Positions 20,650 through 29,674 of a stretch of DNA of 64,000 nt are shown one piece after another. Made by a program: the position numbers and the translations under genes. This stretch comes from an uncultured delta proteobacterium (GTDB lineage: Bacteria; Desulfobacterota; RBG-13-43-22): the NCBI GenBank assembly GCA_963743305.1, contig CAVUPH010000012.1, positions 76,748 through 140,747 on the forward strand, read 5' to 3'. A model generated the notes under the pieces. That model did not search any database and had not been told where the DNA came from. It worked only from the letters and a program-made list of their open reading frames with translations. Position 1 is the first letter of the stretch. Each line of letters starts with the position of its first letter.

Positions 20650-21474
20650 TCAACGGTTCAAGTTAACACCCAATTCTAATTGATTCCCGGCCCTCTCTTT
20701 TATCTGGGATCTTTGAACTTTGAGCAGATTAAGGATGGTCCGGCGCAGGGTATTGAATTCCGGATCGGTTCGATCCCGGGGCCGGGGTGATTCCACCTTC
20801 AAAATGGTCTCAATCCGGGCCGGCCGGGGAGTCAACACCACGATCTGATCGCTTAAGAAAACCGCCTCATCCACGTTGTGGGTTACAAAAAGGATCGTTT
20901 CCCCCCTTTTCTGCCAGATGGACAGAAGAAATTCCTGCATATCGTTCCGGGTCTGGCTGTCCAGGGAAGCAAAGGGTTCGTCCATGAGGACCACCCGCGG
21001 ATTCATGATCAGGGTCCGGGCAATGGCCACCCGCTGTTGCATGCCGCCGGATAATTCCCGCGGATAATGGTGTTCAAAACCGGAAAGGCCGAAGATAGAC
21101 AAGTACTTCCCGGCCAATCGTTCCCGGTCCGCTTTAACGATACCCTGCATCTCCAAACCGAATTGGATATTCTCCAGGGTAGTCCTCCAGGGGAAAAGGG
21201 CATATTCCTGAAAGACCAATCCGATGCCCTCGGTCCCGGGAAGAAGTTCCCGGTCATTCAGCACGACCTTTCCCGAAGTGGCTTTCTCCAGGCCGGACAA
21301 TATTTTCAAGAGGGTCGTCTTCCCACAGCCGCTGGAACCAATAAAAGAAATAAACTGACCGGACTCAAAACAGCAGGAAAGGTCCTGGAGTACCGGGATG
21401 GTTTCCCCCGGGTTCTTTCCGGGATAGCTTTTGGTAAGTTTACTGAGCGCTAAAGACAAAAGGGGACCTTTCAC
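20650..21474 (-). CDS. NitT/TauT-family ABC transporter ATP-binding protein
   Basis: GSSGCGKTT, LFPW, LSGGMQQR, MDEPF, VTH. Confidence 0.92.
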   Translation of the reverse strand: MKGPLLSLALSKLTKSYPGKNPGETIPVLQDLSCCFESGQFISFIGSSGCGKTTLLKILSGLEKATSGKVVLNDRELLPGTEGIGLVFQEYALFPWRTTLENIQFGLEMQGIVKADRERLAGKYLSIFGLSGFEHHYPRELSGGMQQRVAIARTLIMNPRVVLMDEPFASLDSQTRNDMQEFLLSIWQKRGETILFVTHNVDEAVFLSDQIVVLTPRPARIETILKVESPRPRDRTDPEFNTLRRTILNLLKVQRSQIKERAGNQLELGVNLNR

Positions 21475-22226
21475 TTCCAGGGAATCATTTTGGCCTCAAG
21501 CTGCCGGAGACCCACATCAATCAGGAGTCCGATCAACCCGATGACCAGCATGCCGGCCAGGATCTCATCCGGCCGCTGAATGTCCCGGGCGGTCATGATC
21601 ATATACCCCAATCCGTAGCCCTCCCGGACACCGGTGAACTCCGCGGCCACCAAAGTCATCCAGCCGATCCCGATGCCGATCCGTAATCCCACAAAAATGG
21701 AGGGAACGGAGCCGGGCAGGAGTACCTGGAGAAAGATATTCCGCTCTCTGGCCTGCAGGGTACGGGCCGCCTCCACCAGGGTGGGGTTGATGGACAACAC
21801 CCCGGAGATGGTATTCAGGAGGATGGGGAAAAAGGCGCCCAGGAAAATGATAAAGGCCGCGGCCTGAATGCCGATGCCGAACCAGAGAATGGCAATGGGA
21901 ATCCAGGCCAAAGGGGGAATGGGCCGGATGACTTCGATAACCGGCCTGACCAGCCCCCTGACCTTTTCGGACCAGCCCAAAACCAGCCCAAAAGGGATGG
22001 CCAGCACTACGGCGGCCAGGTAACCCAGTCCGACGCGGTATAAGCTATACAACACATGATTATGCAACAGATGGCCGGGAGGCATGCCCTCCAGGACGAG
22101 TTCCTTTAAGCCGGCCAGGATCTCCAGGGGAGCGGGGAGCTTGAACCGGGGGACGATCTCCAGGATAGAGACCAATTGCCAAAGAACGATCAACCCCAGG
22201 GGTAATAGAAATTTTTCATATTTCAT
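21471..22226 (-). CDS. NitT/TauT-family ABC transporter permease
   Basis: IRPIPPLAWIP, EAA loop, LVAAE. Confidence 0.92.
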   Translation of the reverse strand: MKYEKFLLPLGLIVLWQLVSILEIVPRFKLPAPLEILAGLKELVLEGMPPGHLLHNHVLYSLYRVGLGYLAAVVLAIPFGLVLGWSEKVRGLVRPVIEVIRPIPPLAWIPIAILWFGIGIQAAAFIIFLGAFFPILLNTISGVLSINPTLVEAARTLQARERNIFLQVLLPGSVPSIFVGLRIGIGIGWMTLVAAEFTGVREGYGLGYMIMTARDIQRPDEILAGMLVIGLIGLLIDVGLRQLEAKMIPWK

Positions 22227-22240
22227 GGTTATGGAATAGA

Positions 22241-23211
22241 TTACTTCTTCAAGACTTCAGCCAGGATCTCCGGCTTTAGAAATTCCCGGACGAAAGCCTG
22301 AGGGTTTTCCACCTTGATGTATTTCATCTGGGAGAGGAAATCCACATATTCTTTTTCCCCTTCCACACTGAGTTGATAGGTGTAACGGACATTTTTCAAG
22401 GCCAAGGCAATGGTTTTTTCATCCAGTCCGGTGTATTTGACCCCGATTTTGACGGCCTCCTCCGGATTCTGCCGAATAAAATCCGTGGCCTTCACATGGG
22501 CCCGGACCAGTTTTTTGGCCGAGTCGGGCTGGGCGTCCAGAAATTTGGCCTCCACCGCCAGCACGCAGCAGGGATGGTCCTTCCAGATATCCCGGGAATA
22601 AGCCAGCACCCGTCCCACTTCCATGGTCTGGGCCTTGGCCGGAAAGGGTTCCCAGGCGATAAAGGCCTCCACCTGGTCGGTACGCAAGGCCCCGATCATT
22701 TCCGGGGGCTTGATCACCAGGGTCTTGACCGCTTTTGGTCCATTTTGTTGTTTAATAATGCTTTCTTAAATAGAAAATCCTGGACCGTGGCGTGTCCGGG
22801 AATGGCCACGCTTTTCCCCGCCAGGTCCGTCACTTTTTGAAGTGGAGAATCCTTTTTTACCACCAGGGCCGAGCCCTCGACGTTGACCTGGGCCAGGACC
22901 ACCACCCTGGCGGCTTTGTTGGCCACCGCCGTGGTGGCCGGCGCTTCGCCCACATAGCCTGCGTCCAGGGCCCCGGCGGCAGAAGGCGCTCATCAGTTCC
23001 GGCCCGGCTTTGAAGACCCCGGCCACCTGGACTTCCAGTCCTTCCCGGGAATAAAACCCCTTTTCCAGGGCCACCCAGCAGGGCAGGTGGTGGATGTCAT
23101 TCTGCAAGATAGGCTATCCGGATCGGCTTTTTATCGGCGCCTTCGGGTATCCCCTGAATCAGCAATATGAAAAACAACCGCCAAGCCCATGAAAGGTAGC
23201 TTCAGTTTCAT
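22241..23211 (-). CDS. NitT/TauT-family substrate-binding protein with at least 3 frameshifts
   Basis: Fragments join as IRIAYL-QNDIHHLP..GPELMSAF-AAGALDAGYVGEAPA..AFIAWEPF..HPCCVL; indels near 23107, 22982 and 22735. Confidence 0.75.
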
Positions 23212-23217
23212 AACCAG

Positions 23218-24384
23218 CTATTTTCCTTCCTTCACAATTCCCTCCAGGATCTTCCCTCGATTTATCTTGTCCACCAGGGTGGGCTTTCTTAAATGTGCCT
23301 TGACCAAATCCAACACCCGGGAATTAAATAGATCCTTCCGGTTTTGAAATTCAGCGAGGTCTTTCAAATCCCGCAAGAGGGAGACTGCCTCATCATATCG
23401 TTTCGGTTGTTTGGTGGCAATGAGTTCTTCCACCTTGTTCCAAAGAATACCTTCCTTGTTGACCAGAGACTCGAGATACTTTTTTCGTTTTTCAGCCTCC
23501 TCCTTTTGCGCCTGGCCAAATCACGGGCCTTCTTTTCGGCCTCAATCCTTTTCCTTTCCGCAGCCAGAATTTCGGCCCGGGCCCTGATCTGACCGGCAGT
23601 CCTTCGGGGTCCTTCGACCGGCTTTATATCCCCGCGCAGCTCCCGCCTGGCTTGTTGTCGAAGTTCCGCCAGGCAATGCGGGTTGTCCCCCTCGACCAGG
23701 CGTAAGAGGAGCCTATCTTTTTCTTGACTCGGTAGACTCAGAACCCACTTTCCGAATTCTTCCTGCGATAAGCCGATAGCCTGCTCGCCGGGACTGGCTT
23801 CCGCTGCCGCCGCAATGAGGTCCCTGGAGAGACGCAGGAAATCGGCAAGTCGATCCAGGGAGGCGTTAAGGGTTTTTAGACCACCCGGAACAGGTGGCTC
23901 CAACTCGTCATCATCGATCTCCTCCGATTGCACATCGCCCAGCCAGCCAAGGTATAGGGCGCGATAATCTCCGGACAACAAATCGGCCCGTATCGGCAAA
24001 AGCGATGCCAGCCAGCCCTCTCCACCGGCCCATTCACCATCCTCATCCTCGGACTGAAAAGTCAGAATGACTTTGTCCCCTTTCGAATGACAGGACAGGG
24101 TTTCACCCTCAGAGTAGGGTTCTATGGTCTCTGGATCGAACAGTTTTATGGGTAGTCCCAACATAAGATGGTGAGAACCCCAATTGGCAAGGTACAAGGA
24201 AAGCATCAAAGTATTGCTCCAGCCACTTTTCCGGATTACCCTTGAAGCTGCCATAATTGTAGACCACGACAAAGCTGCTCGCCGTAATCTGGGCACGGGA
24301 GGAGTAGGCCCGCAGTACCGATATCTGCTCCGGCGTCAACGGCCGATCTACCGCCTGGAATTCATAGTACTGATACTCGCTCAT
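23218..24384 (-). CDS. Hypothetical protein (MSEYQYYEF.A.DRPL type), two frameshifts
   Basis: MSEYQYYEFQAVDRPLT, YLANWG, DYRALYLGWL, then W..VEELIATKQPKRYDEAVSLL across three ORF fragments. Confidence 0.7.
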
Positions 24385-24397
24385 CGGTTCTGGTCCT

Positions 24398-24718
24398 TCA
24401 TATCGATACCCCTTCTTCCCTAACCGCCATGGCCGGCAAGGATGCCTGTTCGGGTCCGTTTTCCCATCTTTCACGTGAAACCACGATGGGCACGACTACA
24501 ATCCCGGCCTCAAACCCGACTTCCCGGGCGTTATCGGAGACGATTCTCCGGGACTGTTTAGAGACCGGTCCATCAAGAACCACCAGTACATCCATGTCCG
24601 AATCGGATTCGGCGTCCCCCCTGGCGCGGGAGCCAAAGAGGATCATTCCCGACAATTGGACCCTGCCCTTTATGGAATGTTTAAGCCGCCGGAGTACTCC
24701 ATGATCCTTGGGGTCCAT
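24398..24718 (-). CDS. Minimal nucleotidyltransferase (MNT) domain protein
   Basis: LFGSRARGD..SDMDVLVV motif. Confidence 0.85.
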   Translation of the reverse strand: MDPKDHGVLRRLKHSIKGRVQLSGMILFGSRARGDAESDSDMDVLVVLDGPVSKQSRRIVSDNAREVGFEAGIVVVPIVVSRERWENGPEQASLPAMAVREEGVSI

Positions 24719-24781
24719 ATCTTTTACCCTTTATAGGCCTTTATGAGTTTTGGTACCATAGCGTTAACCGTACACCTTTCT

Positions 24782-24808
24782 ATATCGGCTAAGTCATTAA
24801 GCTTTTTA
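24782..24808 (-). promoter_or_regulatory. Sigma28 (FliA)-like promoter
   Basis: Minus strand TAAA-N15-GCCGATAT about 65 nt upstream of the MNT gene. Confidence 0.55.
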
Positions 24809-24905
24809 AAAGGGATTCTCTTACGGTTTTTTCTCGATTGCGTCCAGTTCCTTACCCGTGTGGTCCCAGATTTTCATTGATTCTCTGATGCCAAATGCCG
24901 GAGCC

Positions 24906-25388
24906 TCAGTTGTGCTTTTTATGTCGGTAAATGGTCTGTTTTGTCGATAGTACTTCCTTATTTCTTGATAGTAACGGTTTGACATCCTGTCTAAAGAGGA
25001 CGAGTTCTTTGAAAAGACACGGTAGCATTAGATCGGCATATTCCTCTGCCGGCTCATGACCCAAGTAGTCTTTGTAACTTGTCGAAGTTAAGACCTGGCC
25101 GTTATTCCCGGAGAGGACATGAATGGAGTTTGTGCGTACAAAGTGACATAGAAACCTGGAGAGAACCCCGTCAATAGGAGTCGCTTCTTTGAAGCTCGGG
25201 TAATCATCCGAAAGCTCCCTGCTCATCCCTAGACGAGTGCTCCACGTGTCCGCGTCAGACATGGGGTTTATGCCTTCGACAAGGTATTCAACTATCATCC
25301 TGTCAAAAGCTCGCCCCCCATCTGTCCTTTTAGCGGTCAGGGCATTGACCTTGTCTGGTAACACTAAGTATTCAGGAATACCGTTCAT
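24906..25388 (-). CDS. Hypothetical protein
   Basis: 160-aa ORF, more AT-rich than its flanks, ATGA-coupled to the truncated toxin; no motif recognised. Confidence 0.5.
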   Translation of the reverse strand: MNGIPEYLVLPDKVNALTAKRTDGGRAFDRMIVEYLVEGINPMSDADTWSTRLGMSRELSDDYPSFKEATPIDGVLSRFLCHFVRTNSIHVLSGNNGQVLTSTSYKDYLGHEPAEEYADLMLPCLFKELVLFRQDVKPLLSRNKEVLSTKQTIYRHKKHN

Positions 25389-25570
25389 AGGGCTACGGCC
25401 TGACAACCGGCAAGTTTGCCGCCCAAGGGATGCAATTCCAGGTGGGGCTGAAACGGGTCCGATTGCAGATCTTTCAGCACCTCGGCAAAGCGTGATTTCA
25501 GGTCGGCGTGCTTTTTAAGAAATTTACGAGCCTGTCGGAGAAACTGATGCGGCGTGACGATGGCGTACAC
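25385..25570 (-). pseudogene. RelE/YafQ-like toxin, C-terminally truncated
   Basis: FLRQARKFLKKH..DPFQPHLELHPLGGKLAG; stops at 61 aa without the usual C-terminal strands. Confidence 0.65.
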
Positions 25571-25761
25571 TAGGCGATCTCGTCGACGTCCAGGGCTTTC
25601 AGCAGGTCGTCTGCAGTCTTAAATGACCGTACTTCCCCCCGCTTGACATTCTGCAGGGCTGAGCGGACCCGGCCATTATAGGCTTCCTGCTCTGTCCGGA
25701 TCAACTCGTGATAGCGCTCTTCCGAAAGCACCACATACTGGGGTTGGTTTTTCCGAATCAC
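25570..25761 (-). pseudogene. Phd/YefM-like antitoxin, probably N-terminally truncated
   Basis: Starts at IRKNQPQYVVLSEERY, normally a mid-domain segment; overlaps the hicB stop. Confidence 0.55.
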
Positions 25762-25997
25762 GCGGCGTTTTGCATCTTGTTGGCAAAGTCTCGTCCCGAA
25801 GTAGGGGGCGGAAGGGGTTTCCCGTCCTTGCGGTACAGAGAAACAGCTTCCTCGACGATCTCACAGAGCTCGTCGAACACCGCTTTCTCGTCCGGGCCGT
25901 GGCATCCTCCGAACACCAGCCCGGGAGAACTCCCGACATAGCACTGATCCTCTTCCGACCATTCGACGATCTTGGCGTATCTGGCACTGTCTTTCAT
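25758..25997 (-). CDS. hicB: HicB-family antitoxin (short form)
   Basis: VEWSEEDQCYVG..PGL..GCHG..GKPLP. Confidence 0.78.
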   Translation of the reverse strand: MKDSARYAKIVEWSEEDQCYVGSSPGLVFGGCHGPDEKAVFDELCEIVEEAVSLYRKDGKPLPPPTSGRDFANKMQNAA

Positions 25998-26191
25998 TTT
26001 TTCGACTCCTCAATGACGAGCTTCACTGTGCGAACTTGATAATGCTTGGCGTCATCACCCAGGGAACCCGATATAGTGACCGGTTTAGCCACCTGGGGAT
26101 GGACGAAGTTCCGGTGGTTTCCCTTCCCTCCTCGTTCGACAAACCCTGCGCGCTCCAACTCAGCTACCAATTCCCTTACCTTCGGAGGCAC
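25994..26191 (-). CDS. hicA: HicA-family toxin
   Basis: KVRELVAELERAGF..GGKGNHRNFVHP..VTISG; GTG start at 26191. Confidence 0.82.
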   Translation of the reverse strand: MPPKVRELVAELERAGFVERGGKGNHRNFVHPQVAKPVTISGSLGDDAKHYQVRTVKLVIEESKK

Positions 26192-26391
26192 GTTTTTCAA
26201 CTCCCCCCTACCCCCATCGAGTCCGGGAACACCTAACTCTTTGTATTGTGCACTTAATTTTTCTGAATAAGCTACCATTATTATTGAATATGGGGTCCTT
26301 GTCTATAGGTTTTTACCCTATCATCTTGGTAACACCTAAGTACGATTAAACCGGCGCTTTTCAGGGACAAACCAGATGAACCGGTCCCTTC

Positions 26392-27078
26392 TCAGGGACT
26401 AATCACCTCATAATAGTGATTGGGAACCATCCCGGCGAACAGCACCGCCCCCGGGCAAGGGACCACATATTTTTTCTGGAAGGATGCTCCGATGATATTA
26501 TAGAACTCGAGGCAGGCCGAACAGACCGTGCGGGTCTTGCCCAGCGAGTACGGCACGGGCCGTCCGTCCTCCGGGACCTGATAGGCTGGTTCGATGAAAT
26601 TGGCATGATTGGCGCAGTGTCCCACAAACAGGTCTTCGAAGGTCATCCCCTGGAGCCCCATGACCTTCATCCAGCGCACCTGCTCGTCTCGGTCCGCGGC
26701 CCCGATATTTTCCCATTCCTCCGGACGGGCCTCCCGGTAGCTGGCCCGGTGAATCAGGGCCCATTGTTCTTCCGATGTAGGCAGGCGCGGCGGGCGGAAG
26801 GCGGAGTTGCGGAGGAAAACTTCCGGGGGCGGGGCCGGTTCAGGCAGGGGGAGGCTGCTCACAACCAGGGTCTGGCCCCGGCGGGGGGATTGGCGGTACC
26901 AGGAATATTGTCTTCGGCACAAATCATAGTTGTCCCAGGCCGCCGGGGCCACCAGACCGACTACCACCCGCCGGGACAGGGCCAGGCAGACGGCCTTTTT
27001 GGCCTCGGTCACCTCCAGGCCGCTGCGGTCCAGGGACGACCTCAACCCTGCGGCTTCCGACGCCGGGACCCAATACAC
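26392..27078 (-). CDS. Hypothetical Cys-motif (metal-binding?) protein
   Basis: HCANHANF, CSACLEF and VPCPGA; start uncertain. Confidence 0.6.
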   Translation of the reverse strand: MYWVPASEAAGLRSSLDRSGLEVTEAKKAVCLALSRRVVVGLVAPAAWDNYDLCRRQYSWYRQSPRRGQTLVVSSLPLPEPAPPPEVFLRNSAFRPPRLPTSEEQWALIHRASYREARPEEWENIGAADRDEQVRWMKVMGLQGMTFEDLFVGHCANHANFIEPAYQVPEDGRPVPYSLGKTRTVCSACLEFYNIIGASFQKKYVVPCPGAVLFAGMVPNHYYEVISP

Positions 27079-27133
27079 ATATTTGCAAAAAGGTTTGATG
27101 GCCCCTTCCCTCTTCAGCCAGGGAAAAAATATC

Positions 27134-27550
27134 TTAAGCGGTATGCCAGTTTTCCAAAAACAGTCCGGAGAAAAAACGAAAATCGTTCAGATTCCTGGTT
27201 ACCAGCGTCAGCCCATTGGTAACGGCGATGGCAGCAATTTGTCCGTCTGCAAAGGATGGTGTCCGACCCGTCAGGGATAAGCGCGCCCTTTCGAGAGCAT
27301 GCCATCTGGCGGCCTGTTCATCGTAAGGGAGTATCGACAATTTTTTTGAAACGACCTCTTCCAGGAATAATTCCAATAGTTCCCTTTTACGGGATTGAGG
27401 CAACCTCTGGCATCCGTACTGCAATTCATGCCAGACCGGAGCGGCGGTAGCCAGCTCCTGCCGGTACTGGCTGCATCTTTTTTCCACCCTCCGATCAGGT
27501 TTGAGTTTACTCAGTTCGGAGATCAGGTTGGTGTCTAAAAGATATTTCAT
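27134..27550 (-). CDS. vapC: VapC PIN-domain toxin
   Basis: YLLDTNLISE, DGQIAAIA, LVTRN..DF. Confidence 0.92.
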   Translation of the reverse strand: MKYLLDTNLISELSKLKPDRRVEKRCSQYRQELATAAPVWHELQYGCQRLPQSRKRELLELFLEEVVSKKLSILPYDEQAARWHALERARLSLTGRTPSFADGQIAAIAVTNGLTLVTRNLNDFRFFSGLFLENWHTA

Positions 27551-27832
27551 TCAATCCAGATCGACCGGGCGTCCCGGCGAAGCATCCCGAAGGTCGGAAA
27601 AATCGCGGTCCTCCATAACTATCCCCTCGGCCTTCATGATATTTCTAACCTTGACCAGGGCCTCCCAAAATCCCCCGCCTTTCTCCTGCAGCCGCTCAAA
27701 ATCCTTTTGGGGGACTACAAAGGCCACGGATCGGCCATACCGGGTGATCTCCACCACCGAACCCTTTTCCACATCATGGATGATGGCGGGGAGCTTATTT
27801 TTGGCCTCGGCCACCGATACCCTGCGGTTCAT
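27551..27832 (-). CDS. Phd/YefM-family antitoxin
   Basis: VSVAEAKNKLPAII..VEITRYGRSVA. Confidence 0.88.
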   Translation of the reverse strand: MNRRVSVAEAKNKLPAIIHDVEKGSVVEITRYGRSVAFVVPQKDFERLQEKGGGFWEALVKVRNIMKAEGIVMEDRDFSDLRDASPGRPVDLD

Positions 27833-27894
27833 TCCTTAACCCCTCTTTTCGATTTCCTTACGACGAAAAAAGATTCCATAGCTTCTCTCCATTA

Positions 27895-27947
27895 GGGTAG
27901 GGGCGACTTTAGTCGCCCAAACGGGGAGGCTAAAGCCTCCCCTACCC
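27895..27947. repeat. GTAG-type REP-like double hairpin
   Basis: GGGTAG-GGGCGACTTTAGTCGCCC...GGGAGGCTAAAGCCTCCC-CTACCC. Confidence 0.7.
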
Positions 27948-28001
27948 GGGATTTTCATGCCTCGCGGTCGCCCCACCGACCATGAGGATTTAATTTAAAA
28001 A

Positions 28002-28030
28002 AATTATAGCTATAATTATAGCCATGTCAA
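28002..28030 (-). promoter_or_regulatory. Consensus sigma70 promoter with overlapping palindromic operator (TA autoregulation)
   Basis: Minus strand TTGACA-N16-TATAAT; palindromes AATTATAGCTATAATT and GCTATAATTATAGC. Confidence 0.7.
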
Positions 28031-28057
28031 GTGTTCTATGACAACTAGCCAATTCTT

Positions 28058-28093
28058 GGGGATTGCTTCGTCGCTTCACTCCTCGCAAAGACA
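28058..28093. repeat. Half copy of a GATTGCTTCG..CTCGCAA.GAC REP-like element
   Basis: gggattgcttcgtcgcttcactcctcgcaaagaca. Confidence 0.5.
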
Positions 28094-28128
28094 GCTTGGG
28101 GAACTTTTTGCGGATCCGGGACCGTTTA

Positions 28129-29517
28129 TCAGCCGGCCTTCTGGATAAGCGATTCCTCGACCAGGCAGCTCAGGTCCTTCATGACCAGCGGGGAATTCAG
28201 GGCCTTGATCCCCACCTGCAACCCGGCGTAACAAAAGGGGCAGGCCGATATCAGTTCACTAGCCCCGGTGGCCTCCGCTTCCCTGACCCGCTCCCGGGCC
28301 ATTTTGTTTTGAATATCCGGATAGCCGGACTTCAGACCGCCCCCGGCCCCGCAGCAGCGGGAGTAGGGACCGCTCCGGGACATCTCGACCAGTTCCAGCC
28401 CCGGAATGGCTTCCATGAGCACCCGCGGGTCTTCAAAGACGCCACTGGCCCGTCCCAAATGGCAGGGATCGTGGTAGGTGACCTTTCGTTCCAACGGTTG
28501 AACAAAGGGTAGTTTTTTATCTTCTAGCAGCCGCCGGAGAAATTCGACGGTATGGAGCACCTCGAAGTTCAGCTTTCCCACCTTGGGATAGTCTTCCTTG
28601 ATGGTTTTAAAACATCCGGAGCAGGAGCTGACCAGGGTGTCGATGCCCAAGGCGTTGAGCTGTTTAAGGTTATCCCCGGCAATCCGTTCGAATTCCGCAT
28701 CTCCCATGCGCAGGAGCACGCTGCCGCAGCACTTCTCGTCTCCCCCCAAACAGCCGTAGTCGATGCCCAGGCTTTCGAGGATATTGATCGTGCTGATGGC
28801 GATCTGTTTCACATTGACGTCATAGACCGCGGTACACCCCAGCCAGAGCAGGACTTTCGCCTTGTTCTTCTTGATTTCCCGGGGCGGGGCGGCAATCTGG
28901 CCGTCTTTTTGCGCCCGGCGCGCCCACTTGGTGCGGCCCGCCCGGGGCTGCTGCCAGGGATTGTCGTAGGCCTTGACGCTTTTCACCAGGACCTTCTGCG
29001 GTTCCAGCGGCCCATAGCCGGCAGTGACGACCAGGCGGCGAATGTCTTCCCAGAGGCTGACCGTATCGATGTTGGCCGGGCAGACGACCTGGCATTGCCC
29101 GCAGGTGGAGCATTCGTATAGATTCTGAACGAATTCGTCGATTTCATTTTGACCGATTTCTTTATAGCGGAATACCGCGCCCAACAGTTTCTTGATCGGT
29201 TCGCCCACCTTTCCCTGCTTCATGATCCGGGTCAGCAGGGATTGTTGGGTTTTGACGATGTGCAGGAAATCGGCGATCTTCTTCCGAGGGATGATCTGTT
29301 CTCGGGAATCCTGGTCATGGACGGGACACCAGTTCAGGCATTCCCCGCAGCGGGTGCAGGCCTCGAGCTGAATCAACCGGGCGGCCGACAGGTTGGCGAG
29401 GGGAATCTCCCGGGCCGGCTCGGGAGGCGTTTCCGTCTCGGTTGCGGCGGACTCGGGGGGGATTGGTCCCGATGGGTTGGCCGGGAGGTTGTTTTCAACC
29501 GGAACTTCTTCTGTCAT
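28129..29517 (-). CDS. HdrD/GlpC-like Fe-S protein with two CCG domains
   Basis: CTRCGECLNWCP, CSTCGQCQVVCP, CCG, YHDPCHLGR, CCGAGGG. Confidence 0.9.
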   Translation of the reverse strand: MTEEVPVENNLPANPSGPIPPESAATETETPPEPAREIPLANLSAARLIQLEACTRCGECLNWCPVHDQDSREQIIPRKKIADFLHIVKTQQSLLTRIMKQGKVGEPIKKLLGAVFRYKEIGQNEIDEFVQNLYECSTCGQCQVVCPANIDTVSLWEDIRRLVVTAGYGPLEPQKVLVKSVKAYDNPWQQPRAGRTKWARRAQKDGQIAAPPREIKKNKAKVLLWLGCTAVYDVNVKQIAISTINILESLGIDYGCLGGDEKCCGSVLLRMGDAEFERIAGDNLKQLNALGIDTLVSSCSGCFKTIKEDYPKVGKLNFEVLHTVEFLRRLLEDKKLPFVQPLERKVTYHDPCHLGRASGVFEDPRVLMEAIPGLELVEMSRSGPYSRCCGAGGGLKSGYPDIQNKMARERVREAEATGASELISACPFCYAGLQVGIKALNSPLVMKDLSCLVEESLIQKAG

Positions 29518-29674
29518 TCTACTTCCTCAATTCATCCACTGAAAAAAAAAGCTAACACTTCTTTATGGCTTGTAGTTGTCTATTTTATCTGTGGCTGAAA
29601 ACGTCTTTGTCTTTGCAGTTGCTTCCCTCTTCCATCTGGCCCCGATCTGTAGCGTCGGTGGCGAAAAATCCAGG

